Made by a program: the position numbers and the translations under genes
Part shown: positions 12,501-27,300 of the stretch, one piece after another
How positions within the stretch are numbered: the stretch's first letter is position 1
Layout: each line of letters opens with the position of its first letter
Notes under the pieces: model-generated
Databases searched by the model: none
Told to the model about the DNA's origin: nothing
Seen by the model: only the letters and a program-made list of their open reading frames with translations
From: Camelus ferus
Taxonomy: Eukaryota
Reading direction: 5' to 3'
Length of the DNA stretch: 64,000 nt
NCBI RefSeq assembly: GCF_009834535.1
Contig: NC_045697.1
Location: 119,786,001-119,850,000 of the forward strand

Positions 12501-13000
12501 TTTAGGGAGATGTCCGCTATTTACCTCCACAGTCCATCTCGGGTCACTCGATTCTACATGGCTTTCCAACGCAAGCACAGCATTTCCTCGTAGGCCGGCC
12601 TGGGAAAACAGTCAGGGATAATAAGCCAGTGGTTCTATTGGAACCCAGGTGCTGCAGAACATTGTAGGATACTCCCCACACACAGGAAAAAAGAACACTT
12701 CTTTGTGGATCTCATGCAGTTTGGTAAACAAACTCCACGCGTGTTTCAGGGGGTGAAGTTGTTCCAAGTTAGTGGGATTTCGGTAATAACCTCCAATGCC
12801 CATGGGGAGGCACTCGCTCCTGCTTGGCTTTCCAGCCCAACCCCCAGCTTTCCCTCTCAGCCAGGCCTGGGAAAACACTCAGGGATAATATGCTATTGGT
12901 TTTATTGGAACCCAGTCGCTACCTAGAGTTGTAGGAAAACTTCCCACAACTGGGATTAGAGCAGAAATCTTTGTGTGTCTGATGGAGATGGGTAAACAAA
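5856..13000 (+). repeat. Copy 1 of a recent ~7.15-kb (27-monomer) tandem duplication
   Basis: Near-identical to 13001-20150. Homologous ORF offsets are 7145-7151 (5977/13122, 6233/13379, 8814/15960, 11116/18267, 12246/19397). Both copies share a private ~6-bp deletion, GCAGCCCGTGTGACACCC (~8892 and ~16038). Confidence 0.93.
6020..11839 (+). repeat. Two consecutive copies of the dominant 11-mer HOR (I-J-M-N-B-C-D-E-F-G-H, ~2.91 kb)
   Basis: I-type monomers start at ~6020, ~8930 and ~11840 (period 2910 bp = 11 x 264.5), with the same type order in both units. The same unit recurs at ~13165, 16076, 21108, 29051, 31966 and 52095. Confidence 0.9.
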
Positions 13001-16000
13001 CTCCACGCAAGTTTCAGGTTGTACTGTTGTTCCTAGGTTGTGGGAGGTCAGATACATCCCACTACAGCCCATGGGAAGTACTCGCACCTTCTTGGCTTTC
13101 TAGCCCATCCCCCAGTTTCCTTTGCAACCCAGCCTGAGAAAACAATCAGGAAATGAAGCTAAAGTTTCTATCAGAACCCCGGTGCTGCAGTCGGTTGTAG
13201 GAACTTCCACACACACAGGATTCCCAAACACGGCTTTGCTTGGAAGAATTTTGAACCTCCAATTCACACACATGCCTGGGGGCAAAAGTTTTTCCCTTTT
13301 AGGTCCAAGTCGGGTAATTAACTCCATAGTCCATCTCCAGGAAATCGCTGCTACTTAGATTTCCAGCACAACCCCCAGGTGTCCCTTGCAGCCCGGCCTG
13401 GGTTAACACATAGGGAAAAGAAGCTATTGGTGATATTCGAACCCATGCCCTGCTCACAATTGTGGAAACCTTCGAACACACAGGATAACAGAACATATCT
13501 TTCTGTGTGTGATGGAGTAGGAAAACACACTGCAGGCATTTTTCTGGGGATCCAGGTTTTCCCAGGTTGGGAGATGTGGGCTAGATTACTTCTGTGCCCA
13601 TGGGGTGGCACTGTCTTCTTCTTCATTTTCAAGCCCAACTCCCAGCTTACCCTTGCAGCCCAGAAAAGTGAAACACTCATGGATGACAAATAAGTGATTC
13701 TATCAGAAAAATGGCGTAGCTGTCTTTTGGAGGAACCTCCAAAATTTCACGATTCTGGAACACATCTTTGAGTGTGGGGAGTTGTGGAACACCAGTCCAC
13801 GCAGATGGATGGGGACAAAGATTTGTCCCTGTTAGGGAGAAGTCCGCTAATAACCTCCACAGTGCATCTTGGGGCACTCGCTGCTTCTTAGACTTTCAGT
13901 CTATGCCCCAGTTTTCATTCGCTGCCCGGCCTTGTAAAACACTCAATGATAATAAGCTAGGTTTCTATATGAACCCAGGTGCTGCAGACAATTATAGGAA
14001 ACTCCCCACACTCAGAATAACCGAACAAAATTTTGAGTGTCTGATTTAGATGGGTAAACTAAATCCACGCATGTTTCAGGTTGTATAGGCATTCCTAGGT
14101 TGTGGGAGTTCGGATATTTGCATCCAATGTCCATGGGGAGTACCTTGCAGTTGCTTGGATTCCAGCCCAACCCCCAGCATTCCCTCGCATCCCGGCCTGT
14201 GAAAAGACTCAGGGAAAAAAAGCTACAGTTTCTATAAGAACTAAGGCGCTCCTGACAGTTGTAGAAACCTCCCTACACTAAGGAAAACAGAACACAGCTT
14301 TGTGTGTGTGATGGAGTAAGAAAACACTGTAAGGCATGTCTCTGGGGTGCAGGTGTTCGCAGGATGGGAAATGTTGGCTAATTACCTCCACTGCCCATGG
14401 GGAAGCACTCTCTTCTTCTTCAATATCCAGCCCTAATCCTAGCATTCCCTTGAAGCCCGACCGTGGAAAACACCCAGGGATGACAAACTAAATAATTCTA
14501 TCAGAAACCAGGGCACTGCTGTATGTTGGAAGAACCTCCAAACACTCAGGATTACGGAACACGGATTGGCTTGATGTGAATTGTGAACCCCACAGCACAC
14601 TCATTGCTGGGGCCCAAGATTTTCCATTTTAGGGCCAAGTCCGCTAAATATTTCCATAGTCAACCTCGGGGCATTCGCTGCTACTTGGATTTCCAGCCCA
14701 AACCCAAGCTTTCCCTCGCAGCCCGGCCTGGGAAAACACACAGGGAAAATATTTTATTGGTTGTAATGGAACCCAGTCTCTACCTACCATTGTAGGAACC
14801 TTCCCACCACTAGGATAAAGAAGAAACATTTGTGTGTCTGATGGAAATGGGTAAACAAACTCCAAGCATATATCAGGGGGCTTAGGTGTTCCAAGGCTGT
14901 GGGACGTCGGAAAATTTCCTCAAATTCTCATGTGGATTAACTCGCTGCTGCTACGAATTACAGCGAATCCCACAGCTTTACCTCGTAGCCAGGCCTGTGA
15001 AAACACTCACGGAAAACAAAATACTGGTGCTTCTAAAACCCAGGCGCTGCTGAAAGTTGTAGAATCTTCCCACACTCAGGATAGCAGAACAAATTTTTGT
15101 GTGTGTGATGGTGTAGGAAAATACACTCCAGGCATGTTTCTGGGGGTACAGCTGTTCCCAGGTTTGGAGATGTCGCCTAATTAACTCCACTTCCAATGGG
15201 GAGGCACTCTATACTTCTTCGCTTTCCAGACCAAATCCCAGCTTTCGTTTGAAGCCCGGCCTAAGAAAACACCTAGGGATGACAATTTTAGCGATTCTAT
15301 CAGAAACCCCCTCTGCTGCCTTTTGGAGGATCAACACACACTCAAATTCCGGAACATGTCTTTGCTTGGTGGAGGTATGGAGACCAACACCACAAGATGC
15401 CTGGGGGCACAGTTACTCTCTGTCTGGGAGAAGTCCACTAATTACCACTACAGTCAATCTCTGGGCAATCCTGGCTAATTGGATTTCCAGGAGAACCCCC
15501 AGTTTCCCTCGCAACCCGCCCTGGAAAACACTAAGAGATTATAAGCTAGTGGTTCTATTGGAACACAGGCACTGCAGACCTTTGTAGGAAGATCCGCACA
15601 CGCAGGATAACAGAACACTTATTTTGTGTATGATTGAGATGGTAAAAACTCCACGCATGTTTCAGGGGGTACAGGTTTTCCTAGGTTGGGGGAGGTCAGA
15701 CTATTCCCATTAATGCAAATGGGGAGGTAATCGCTTCTGCTTGGATTTCCATCCCATCCCCCAGTTTCCCTTGCAACCCAGTCAGAGAAAGCAGTCAGGA
15801 AATTTAGCTAAAATTTCTATTAGAACCCAGAAGCTGCTGACAGTTGTAGAAACTTCCCCATACACAGGGTAACAGAACACTTCTTTGTGTGTGTGATTGA
15901 GTAGGAATAAACACTCCATGCATGTTTCTGGGGTGCAGGTGTAACCAGGCTGTGAGACGTTGGCTAAGAATCTCCACAGCCCATGGGGAGGCACTCTGTT

Positions 16001-19000
16001 ATTCTTCGTTTTCCAGCCCTATTCCCATCTTTCTCTTGCAGCCCGTGTGACACCCAGGGATGACATACTAAGTGATTCTATCAGAACCCCGGCGCTGCTG
16101 TCTTTTGGAGGAACCTCCACACACACAGGATTCCCAAACACGACTTTGCTTAGGGGAATTTTGAAGCCCCTATCCACACAAAATTCTGGGCCTCAAGTTT
16201 TTCCCTGTTAGGGAGAAGTCCGCTAATTAGCTCCAAAGTTCATCTCGGGCACCCGCTGCTACTTGGATTCCCAGCCCAACCCACATGTTTCCCTTGCAAC
16301 ACGGCCTGGGGTAACACAGAAGGAAAAGAAGCTATTGGTGTTATTCGAACCCATGCCCTGCTGACAATTGTGGAAACCTTCGAAAACTCAGGATAACAGA
16401 ACATATCTTTCTGTGTGTGATGGAGTAGGAAAACACACGCCAGGCATTTTTCTGGGGATCCAGGTTTTCCCAGGTTGGGAAATGTCGGCTAGATTCCTTC
16501 AGTGCCCATGGGGTGGCACTGTCTTCTTCTTCTTTTTCAAGCCCAACTCCCAGCTTTCCCTTGCAGCCAGGAAAAGTGAAACACCCATGGATGACAAATA
16601 AGTCATTCTATCAGAACCCCGGCGTTGCTGTCTGTTGGAGGAACCTCCAAACCTTCAGGATTGTGGAACACGTCTTTGAGTGTGGGGAGTTGTGGAACCC
16701 CAATCCACGCAGATGGATGGGGTCACAGATTTGTCCCTTTTAGGGAGAAGTCCGCTAATAACCTCCACAGTGCATCTTGGGGCGCTCGCTGCTTCTTAGA
16801 TTTTCAGTATATCCCCCAGTTTTCACTCGCAGCCCAGCCTTGTAAAACACTCAGTGATAATAAGCTAGGTTTCTTTTGCAACCCAGGTGCTGCAGATAAT
16901 TGTAGGAACCACCTCACACTCAGAATAACAGAACAATATTTTGAGTGTCTGATTTAGATGGGTAAACTAAATCCACGCATGTTTGAGGTTGTATAGGTGT
17001 TCCTAGGTTTTGGGAGGTCGGATATTAACATCCACTGTCCATGGGGAGTCCCTTGCAGTCGCTTGGATTCCAGCCCAACACCCAGCATTCCGTCGCATCC
17101 CGGCCTGTGAAAACACTCAGGGAAAAAAAGCTACAGTTTCTATAAGAACTAAGGCGCTTCTGACAGTTGTAGAAACCTCCCTACACTAAGGAAACAGAAC
17201 AAATCTTTGTGTGTGTGATGGAGTAGGAAAACACAGTAAGGCATGTCTCTGGGGTGCAGGTGTTCGCAGGATGGGAAATGTTGGCTAATTACCTCCACTG
17301 CCCATGGGGAATCACTCTCTTCTTCTTCAATATCCAGCCCTAATCCTAGCATTCCCTTGCAGCCCGACCTTGGAAAACACCAAGGGATGACAAACTAAAT
17401 CATTCTATCAGATCCAGGGCACTGCTGTATGTTGGAGGAACCCCCAAACACTCAGGATTCCGGAACACGGATTTGCTTGGTGCGAATTGTGGATCCCCAC
17501 AGCACACTCATTGCTGGGGCCGAAGATTTTCCCTTTTAAGGCCAAGTCCGCTAATTACCGCCAATGTCCATCTCGGGGCACTGGCTGCTACTTGGATTTC
17601 CAGCACAAACCCAAGCTTTCCCTCGCAGTCCGGCCTGGGAAACACACAGGGAAAGTATGTTATTGGTTGTAATGGAACCCAGTCTCTACCTACAGTTGTA
17701 GGAAAACTTCCCACAACTAGGATAAAAGAAGAAATTTTTGTGTGTCTGATGGAGATGGGTAAAAAAACTCCAAGCATTTATAAGGGGGCTTAGGTGCTCC
17801 AAGGATGTGAGACGTCAGAAAATTACCTCAAAATCTCATGGGGAGTAACTCGCTGCTGCTACGAATTACAGCCAAGCCCACAGCGTTACCTCGCTGCCAT
17901 TCCTGTGAAAACACTCACGGAAAACAAAATACTGGTGCTACTAGAACCCAGGCGCTGCTGAAAGATTTAGAATCCTCCCCACACTCAGGATAGCGGAACA
18001 AATTTTTGTGTGTGTGATGTTGTAAGAAAATACACTCCAGGCATGTTTCTGGGGGAACAGCTGTTCCCAGGTTTGGAGATGTCGCCTAATTAACTCCAAT
18101 TCCAATGGGGAGGCACTCTATACTTCTTTGCTTTCCAGACCAATTCCCACCTTCCCTTTGAAGCCCGGCCTAAGAAAAAACCTAGGGATGACAATATTAG
18201 TGATTCTATAAGAAACTCCGCTCTGCTGCCTGTTGGAGGTACAACACACACTCAAAATTCCGGAACATGTCTTTGCTTGGTGGAGGTGTGGAGACCAACA
18301 CCACAAGATGCCTGGGGGCACAGTATCTCTCTGTCTGGGAGAAGTCCGCTAATTACCTCTACAGTCAATTGCTGGGCATTCCTGACTACTTGGCTTTCCA
18401 GCCGAACCCCAGTTTCCCTCGCAGCCCGCCCTGGAAAACACTCAGGGATTGTAAGCTAGTGGTTCTATTTGAACCCAGGCACTGCAGACCGTTGTAGGAA
18501 ACTCGGCACACGCAGGATAACAGAACACTATTTTGTGTCTGATTGAGATGTTAAAAATTCCATGCATTTGTCAGGGGGTACAGGTTTTCCTAGGATGTGG
18601 GAGATCAGATTATTCCCATTAATGCCCATGGTGAGGTAATCTTTCCTGCTTGGATTTACATCCCATCCCCCAGTTTCCCTTGCAACCCAGTCAGAGAAAG
18701 CAGTCGGGAAATTTAGCTAAAATTACTATTAGAACCCAGGCGCTGCTGACAGTGGTAGAAACCTCCCCATACACAGGGTAACAGAACTCTTCTTTGTGTG
18801 TGTGATGGAGTAGGAAAACACACGCCATGCATATTTCTGGGGTGCAGGTTTAACCAGGTTGTGAGTCGTTGGCTAAGTATCTCCACAGCCCATCGGGAGT
18901 CACTCTGTTTTTCTTCATTTTCCAGCCCTACTCCCACCTTTCCCTTGCAGCCCGGGTTAGGAAAACACCCAGGGATGACAAACTAAATGATTCTATCAGA

Positions 19001-20150
19001 ACCCCGGCGCTGCTGTCTGTTTGAGGAACCTCCACACACACAGGATTAACAAACACGTCTTTGCTTGGGGGAATTGTGAAGCCCCACACCACACAAATGA
19101 CTGAGGGCACAAGTTTTCCCTGTTAGATAGAAGTCTGCTAATTACCTCTACAGACCATCGTGGGGCACTCGCTGCTACTTGGATTTCCATCCCAACCCAC
19201 AACTTTCCCTTGCAGCCCGGCCTGGGGGAACACACTGGGAAAATGTTCTACTGGTGCTATTAGAACACATGCTCTGCTGACAATTGTGGAAACCTTCGAA
19301 CACTCAGGATAACAGAACACAACTTTCTGTGTGTGATGGAGTAGTAAAACACACTCCAGGCATTTTTCTGGGGATCCTGTTTTCCCAGGTTGGGAGATGT
19401 CGGCTAGATTCCTTCACTGCCCATGGGGATACATTGACTTCTTCGATTTCAAGCCCAACTCCCAACTTTCCCTTGCAGCCCGGTCTTTGTTTATACCCAG
19501 GGATGACAGTCTAAGTGATTTTATCAGACCTAAGAGGCTGCTGTCTTTTTTAGGAACTTCCGGACACTTAGGATTCTGGATAACTTCTATGCTTGGAGGT
19601 AGCTTTGGAGACCCACACCTCAGAGATGGAAGGGGGAACAGGTTTTTCCCTTTTAGGGAGATATCCGCTAATTACCTCCACAGTCCATCTCGGGTCACTC
19701 GCTTCTACATGGCTTCCCAACGCAAGCGCAGCATTTCCTCGCAGGCCGGCCTGGGAAAACAGTCAGGGATAATAAGCCAGTGGTTCTATTGGAACCCAGG
19801 TGCTGCAGAACATTGTAGGATACTCCCCACACACAGGAAAAAAGAACACTTCTTTGTGGGTCTCATGCAGTTTGGTAAACAAACTCCACGCGTGTTTCAG
19901 GGGGTGAAGTTGTTCCAAGTTAGTGGGAGTTCGGTAATAACCTCCAATGCCCATGGGGAGGCCCTCGCTCCTGCTTGGCTTTCCAGCCCAACCCCCAGCT
20001 TTCCCTCTCAGCCAGGCCTGGGAAAACACTCAGGGATAATATGCTATTGGTTTTATTGGAACCCAGTCGCTACCTAAAGTTGTAGGCTCCTTCCCACAAC
20101 TGGGATTAGAGCAGAAATCTTTGTGTGTCTGATGGAGATGGGTAAACAAA
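13001..20150 (+). repeat. Copy 2 of the ~7.15-kb tandem duplication
   Basis: Starts at the chimeric D/G2 monomer junction CTCCACGCAAGTTTCAGG (13001) and ends where the intact D monomer continues at ~20151 (CTGCACGCATGTTTCAGGGGGCACAG). Confidence 0.93.
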
Positions 20151-21372
20151 CTGCACGCATGTTTCAGGGGGCACAGTTGTTCCAAGGTTATGGGACTTCG
20201 GAAAAATATCTCAAATACTCATGGGGCATATCTCGCTGCTGCTACGAATTACAGCCAAACCCACAGCTTTACCTCGCAGCTAGGCGTGTAAAAACACTAA
20301 CAGAAAAGAAAATACTGGTGCTATTAGAACCCAGGCGCTGCTGATATTTGTAGAATCCTCCCCACACTCAGGATAGCAGAACACATCTTTGTGTGTGTGA
20401 TGGTGTAGAAAAATAAACTCCAGGCATATTCCTGTGTGTTCAGCTGATCCTAGGTTTGGAGATGTCGCCTAATTACCTCCACTGCCAATGGGGGGCAATC
20501 TATAATTCTTCGCTTTGCAGACCATCTCCCAAGTTTCCCTTAAAGCCCGGCCTAAGAAAACACCTAGGGATGACAATATACTTGATTCTATCACAAACCC
20601 GGCGCTGCTGTCCGTTGGAGGTACAACACAGGCTCAAATTTCCAGAGCAAGTATTGGCTTGGGGGAGGTGTGGATCACCACACCACACAGATGACTGGGG
20701 TCACAGAATTTCCTTGTTTATGAGAAGTCTGCTAATTACCTCTACATTCAATCTCTGGGCACTTGTTGCTACTTGGCTTTTCAGCCGAACCCTCAGCTAT
20801 CCCTCGCAGCACGCCCTGGAAAACATTCAGAGATAATAAGTTAATGATTCTTTTGGAACACAAGCACTTCAGACCGTTGAAGGAACCTCCGCACACGCAG
20901 GTTAAGAGAAAAATTTTTTGTGTCTCATTGAGATGGTAAAAGATCCACGCATGTTTCATTGTGTACTGTTGTTCCTAGGTTGTGGGAGGTCAGATATATC
21001 CCACTACAGCCCATGGGGATGTACTCGCTCCTGCTTGGCTTTCCAGCCCATCCCCCAGTTTCCTTTGCAACCCAGCCTGAGAAAACAGTCAGGAAATGTA
21101 GCTAAATGTTCTATCAGAACCCCGGTGCTGCAGTCTGTTGTAGGAAATTCCACACACACAGGATTCCCAAACATGGCTTTGCCTGGAATAGTTTTGAAGC
21201 CCTAACCCACCATATGCATGGGGGCACAAATTTTTCTCTTTTAGGGCCAAGTCGGCTAATTACCTGTATAGTCCATCTCGGGGCACTCGCTGCTACTTGG
21301 ATCCCCAGCCCATCCCCCATGTTTCCCTTGCAGCCCGGCCTGGGTTAACACAGAAGGAAAAGAAGCTATTGG

Positions 21373-24300
21373 TGCTATTCGAACCCATGCCCTGCTGATA
21401 ATTTTGGAAACCTTCGAACATTCAGGATAACAGAACATATCTTTCTGTGTGTGATGGAGTAGGAAAACACACTCCAGGAATTTTTAAGGGGATCCAGGTT
21501 TTCCCAGGTAGGGAGATGTCGGCTAGATTCCTTCAGTGCCCATGGGGTTGCACTGTATTCTTCTTCGTTTTCAAGCCCAACTCCCAGCTTTCCCTTGCAG
21601 CCCGGAAAAGAGAAATCCCCATGGATGACAAATAATTGATTCTATCAGAACCCCGTCGTTGCTGTCTGTTGGAGGAACCTCCAGAACTTCAGGATTCTGG
21701 AACACGTCTTTAAGTGTGGGGAGTTGTGGAACCCCAATCCACGCAGATGGATGGGGTCACAGATTTGTCCCTGTTAGGGAGAAGTCCGCTAATTACCTCC
21801 ACAGTGCATCTTGGGGCACTTGCTGTTTCTTAGATTTTCAGTCTATCCCCCAGTTTTCACTCGCAGCCCGGCCTTGTAAAACACTCAGTGATAATAAGCT
21901 AGGTTTCTATTGGAACCCAGGTGGTGCAGACAATTGTAGGAACATCCCCACACTCAGAATAATAGAACAATAGTTTGAGTGTCTGATTTAGATGGGTAAA
22001 CAAAATCCACGCATGTTTCATGTTGTATAGGCGATCCTAGGTGGTGGGAGGTCGGATATTTACATCCACTGTCCATGGGGATTCCCTTGCATTTGCTTGG
22101 ATTGCAGCCCAACACCCAGCGTTCCTTCGCATCCCGGTCTGTGAAAACACTCAGGGAATAAAGCTACAGTTTCTATAAGAAGTAAGGCGCTCCTGACATT
22201 TGTAGATAACTCCCTACACTAAGGAAAACAGAACACAGTTTTGTGTGTGTGATGGAGTAGGAAAACACAGTAAGGCATGTCTCTGGGGTGCAGGTGTTCG
22301 CAGGAATGGAAATGTTGTCTAATTACCTCCACTGCCCATGGGGAAGCACTCTCTTCTTCTTCGATATCCAGCATTAATCCTAGCATTCCCTTGCAGCCCG
22401 ACCGTGGAAAACACCCAGGGATGACAAACTAAATCATTCTATCAGAACCAGAGTGCTGCTGTATGTTGGAGGAACCTCCAAACTCTCAGGAATCCGGAAC
22501 ACTGATTTGCTTGTTGCGTATTGTGAAACCCCACAGCAAACTCATTGCTTGCGCCCAAGATTTTCCCTTTTAGGGCCAAGTCCGCTAATTACCTCCATAG
22601 TCCATCTCGAGGCACTCGCTGCTACTTGGATTTCCAGCCCAAACCCAAGCTTTCCCTCGCAGAACGGCCTGGGAAAGCACACATGGAAAATATGTTATTG
22701 GTTGTAACGGAACCCAGTCTTTATCTACAGTTGTAGGAAACTTCCCACAACTATGATAAAAGAAGAAACATTTGTGTGTCTGATGGAGATGGGTAAACAA
22801 ACTCCAAGCATGTATCAGTGGGCTTAGGTGTTCCAAGGCTGTGGGAATTTAGACAATTACCTCAATCTCTCATGGGGAGTAACTTGCTGATGCTACGAAT
22901 TATAGCCAAGCCCACAGCTTTACCTCGCAGCCAGGCCTGTGAAAACAATCACGGAAGACAAAATACTGGTGCTACTAGAACCCAGGCGCTGCTGAAATTT
23001 GTAGAATCCTCCCCAAACTAAGGATAGCAGAACAAATTTTTGTGTGTGTGATGATGTACGAAAATACACTCTAGGCATGTTTCTGGTGGTACAGCTGTTC
23101 CCATGTTTGGAGATGTCGCCTAATTACCTCCACTTCCAAAGTGGAGGCACTCTATACTTCTTCGCTTTCCAGACCAACTCCCAGCTTTCGTTTGAAGCCC
23201 GGCCTAAGAATACACCTAGGGATTACAATATTAATGATCCTATCAGAACACCCGCTCTGCTGCCTTTTGGAGGTACAACACGCACTCAAAATTCCATAAC
23301 ATGGCTTTGCTTGTTGGAGGTGTGGAAACCAACACCTCAAGATGCCTGCTGGCATAGTTTCTCTCTCTCTGGGAGAAGTCCGCTAATTACCTCTACAGTC
23401 AATTTCTGGGCAATCTGGCTATATGGCTTTCCAGCCGAACCCCCAGTTTCCCTCGCAGCCCGCCCTGGAAAACACTCAGAGATTATAAGCTAGTGGTTCT
23501 ATTGGAACCCAGGCACTGCAACTTTTGTAGGAAGTTCTGCACTCGCAGGATAACCGAACATATTTTTTGTGTCTGATTGAGATGTTAAAAACTCCACGCA
23601 TGTTTTAGGGGATACAGGTTTTCTTAGGTTGGGGGAGGTCAGATTATTCCCATTAATGCCCATGGGGAGGTAATCGCTCCTGCTTGGATTTCCATCCCAT
23701 CCCCCAGTTTCCCTTGTAACCCAGTCAGAGGAAACATTCAGGAAATTTAGCTAAAATTTCTATTAGAACCCAGGCGGTGCAGACAGTTGTAGAATCCTCC
23801 CCATACAAAAGGTAACAGAACACTTCTTTGTGTGTGTGATGGAGTAGGAAAACAGTGTGCTTGCATGTTTCTGGGGTGCAGGTGTAACCAGGATAGGAGG
23901 CGTTGGCTAAGTATCTCCACAGCCCATGGGGAGGCACACAGTTTTCTTCATTTTCCAGTCCTACTCCCAGCTTTCCCTTGCAGCCCGGGTTAGGAAAACA
24001 CCCAGGGATGACAAACTAAATCATTCTATCAGAACCAGTGCGCTGCTATATGATGGAGGAACCTCCAAACCCTCAGGATTCCGGAACAGGGATTTGCTTG
24101 GTGCGAATTGTGAAGCCCCACAGCACACTCATTGCTTGGGCCCAAGATTTTCCCTTTTAGGGCCAATTCCGCTAATTACCTCCATAGTCCATCTCGGGAC
24201 ACACGCTGCTCTTTGGATTTCCAGCCCAAACCCAAGCATTCCCTCGAAGCCCTGCCTGGGAAAACACACAGGGAATATATGTTATTGGTTGTAATGGAAC

Positions 24301-27300
24301 CCAGTCTCTACCTACAGTTGTAGGAACCTTCCAACAACTAGGATAAAAGAAGAAATATTTTTGTGTCTGATGGAGATGGGTAAAGAATCTCCAAGCAATT
24401 ATCAGGGGGCTTAGGTGTTCCAAGGCTGTGGGACGTCGGAAATTTACCTCAAATTCTCATGGGGATTAACTCGCTGCTGCTACGAATTTCAGCCAAGTCC
24501 ACAGTTTTGCCTGGCAGCCATTCTTGTGGAAAAACTCACGGAAAACTAAATACTGGTGCTACTAGGACCCAGGCGCTGCTGAAAGTTGTAGAATCCTCCC
24601 CAGACTCAGGATAGCAGAACAAATTTTTGTGTGTGGGATGGTGTAGGAAAATACACTCCAGGCATTTTTCTGGGGTTACAGCTGTTCCCAGGTTTAGAGA
24701 TGACGCCTAACTACCTCCACTTCCAATGTGGAGGCACTCTATACTTCTTCGCTTTCCAGACCAACTCCCAGCTTTCCTTTGAAGCCTGGCCTAAGAAAAA
24801 ACCTAGGGATGACAATGTTAGTGATTCTATCAGAACCCCCGCTCTGCTGTGTGTTGGAGGTACAACACACACTCAAAATTCCGGAACATGGCTTTGATTG
24901 CTGGAGGTATGGAGACCAACACCACAAGATGCCTGGGGGCACAGTTCCTCTCTGTCTGGGAGATGTCCGCTAATTAACTCTACAGTCAATCTCTGGGCAT
25001 TCCATTGTACTTGGCTTTCCCGGCGAACCCCCAGTTTCCCTCACAGCCAGCCCTGAAAAACACTCAGAGATTATAAGCTAGTGGTTCTATTGGAACCCAG
25101 GCACTGCAGACTCTTGTAGGAAGCTCCGCACACGTAGGATAACAGAACACTATTTTGTGTCTGATTGAGATGTTAAAAACTGCACGCATGTTTCAGGGGT
25201 TACAGGTTTTCCTAGGCTGGGGGAGGTCAGAATATTCCCATTAATGCCCATGTGGAGGTAATCGCTCCTGCTTGGAATTCCATCCAATCCCCTAGTTTCC
25301 CTTGCAACCCAGTCAGAGAAAGCAGTCTGGAAATTTAGCTAAATTTTCTATTAGAACCCAGGTGATGCTGACACTTGTAGAAACCTCCCCATACACAGTG
25401 TAACATAACACTTCTTTGTGTGTGTGATGCAGTAGGAATACACACTCCATAATGTATCTGGGGTGCAGGAGTAACCAGGCTGTGAGACGTTGGCTAAGTA
25501 TCTCCACAGCCCATGGGGAGGCACTCTGTTTTTTCATTTTCCAGCCCTACTCAAATCTTTCCCTTGCAGCCCGGGTTAGGAAAACACCTAGGGATGACAT
25601 ACTAAGTGATTCTATCAGAACCCCGGCGCTGCTGTCTGTTGGAGGAGCCTCCACACACACAGGATTCCCAAATACTGCTTTGCTTGAAAGAATTTTGAAG
25701 CCCCAATCCACACACATGGCTGGGGCTCAAGTTTTTCCCTGTTACGGAGAAGTACGCTAATTAGCTCCACAGTAGATCTCGGGCACTCGCTGCTACTTGT
25801 AATTCCAGGCCAACCCACATGTTTCCCATGCAGCCCGGCCCGGGGTAACACATAGGGAACAGAAGCTGTTGGTGCTATTCGAACCCATGCCCTGCTGACA
25901 ATTGTGGAAACCTTCGAACACTCAGGATAACAGAACATAACTTTATGTGTGTGATGGAGTAGTAAAACACACTCCAGGCATTTTTCTGGGGATCCAGTTT
26001 TTCCCAGGTTGGGAGATGTCGGGTAGATTACTTCACTGCCCATGTTGATGCATTGAATTCTTCTTCGTTTTCAAGCCCAACTCCCAAATTTTCCTTGCAT
26101 CCCGTTCTAGGATTATACCCAGTGATGACAATCTAAGTGAATTTATCAGAGCTACGATGCTGCTGTATACTTTAGGAACTTCCAGAAACTTAGGATTCTG
26201 GATCACGTCTATGTTTGGGGGTAGCTTTGGAGACCAACACCACAGAGATGGCTGGGGGCACAGGTTTTTCCGTGTTAGGGAGATGTCCGCTAATTACCTC
26301 CACATTCCATCTCGGGTCACTCGCTGCTACATGGCTATCCAGCGCAAGCGCAGCATTCCCTCGCTGGCTGACCTGGGAAAAAATAAGGGATAATAAGCCA
26401 GTGGTTCTATTGGAACCCAGGTGCTGCAGAACATTGTACGATACTCCCCACACCGAGGAAAATAGAACACTTCTTTTTGTGTCTCATGAAGTTTCGTAAA
26501 AAAACTCCACGCGTGTTTCAGGGGTTAAGGTGCTGCTACATAGTGGGAGTTCGGGTAATTCCCTCCAATGCCCAAGGGGAGGCACTCGCTCCTGCTTGTC
26601 TTTCCAGCCAAACCCCCAGCATTTCCTCTCAGACCGGCCTGGGAAAACACTCAGGGATAATATGCTATTGGTTGTATTGGAACCCAGTCGCTACCTTCCG
26701 TTTTATTCTACTTCCCACATGTGGGATAACAGAAGTAAACTTTGTGTGTCTGATGGAGATGGGTAAACAAACTCCACGCATGTTTCAGGTGGCACAGGTG
26801 TTCCAAGGCTGTGGGACGTCGGAAAATTACCTCAAATTCTCATGGGGAGTATCTCACTGCTGTTACGAAATTCAGCCAAACCCACAGTTTTAACTCGCAG
26901 CTAGGCATGTGAAAACAGTCACGGAAAAGAAAATACTGGTGCTATTAGAACCCAGGCGCTGCTGATATTTGTAGAATCCTCCCCACACTCAGGAGAGCAG
27001 AACACATCTTTGTGTGTGTGATGGTGTATAAAAATACACTCCAGGCATAATTCTGAGGGTACAGCTCTTCCCAGGATTGGAGATGTCGCCTAATTACCTC
27101 CACTGCCAATGGGGAGGCAATCTAAACTTCTTCGCTTTCCAGACCATCTCCCAAATTTCCCTTACAGCCCGGCCTAAGAAAACACCTAGGGATGACAATA
27201 TTAGTGATTCTATGAGAAACCCATCGCAGCTGCCTGTTGGAGGTACAACACAAACTCAAAAATCTGGAACATGTCTTTGCTTGGTGGAGGTGTTGAGACC

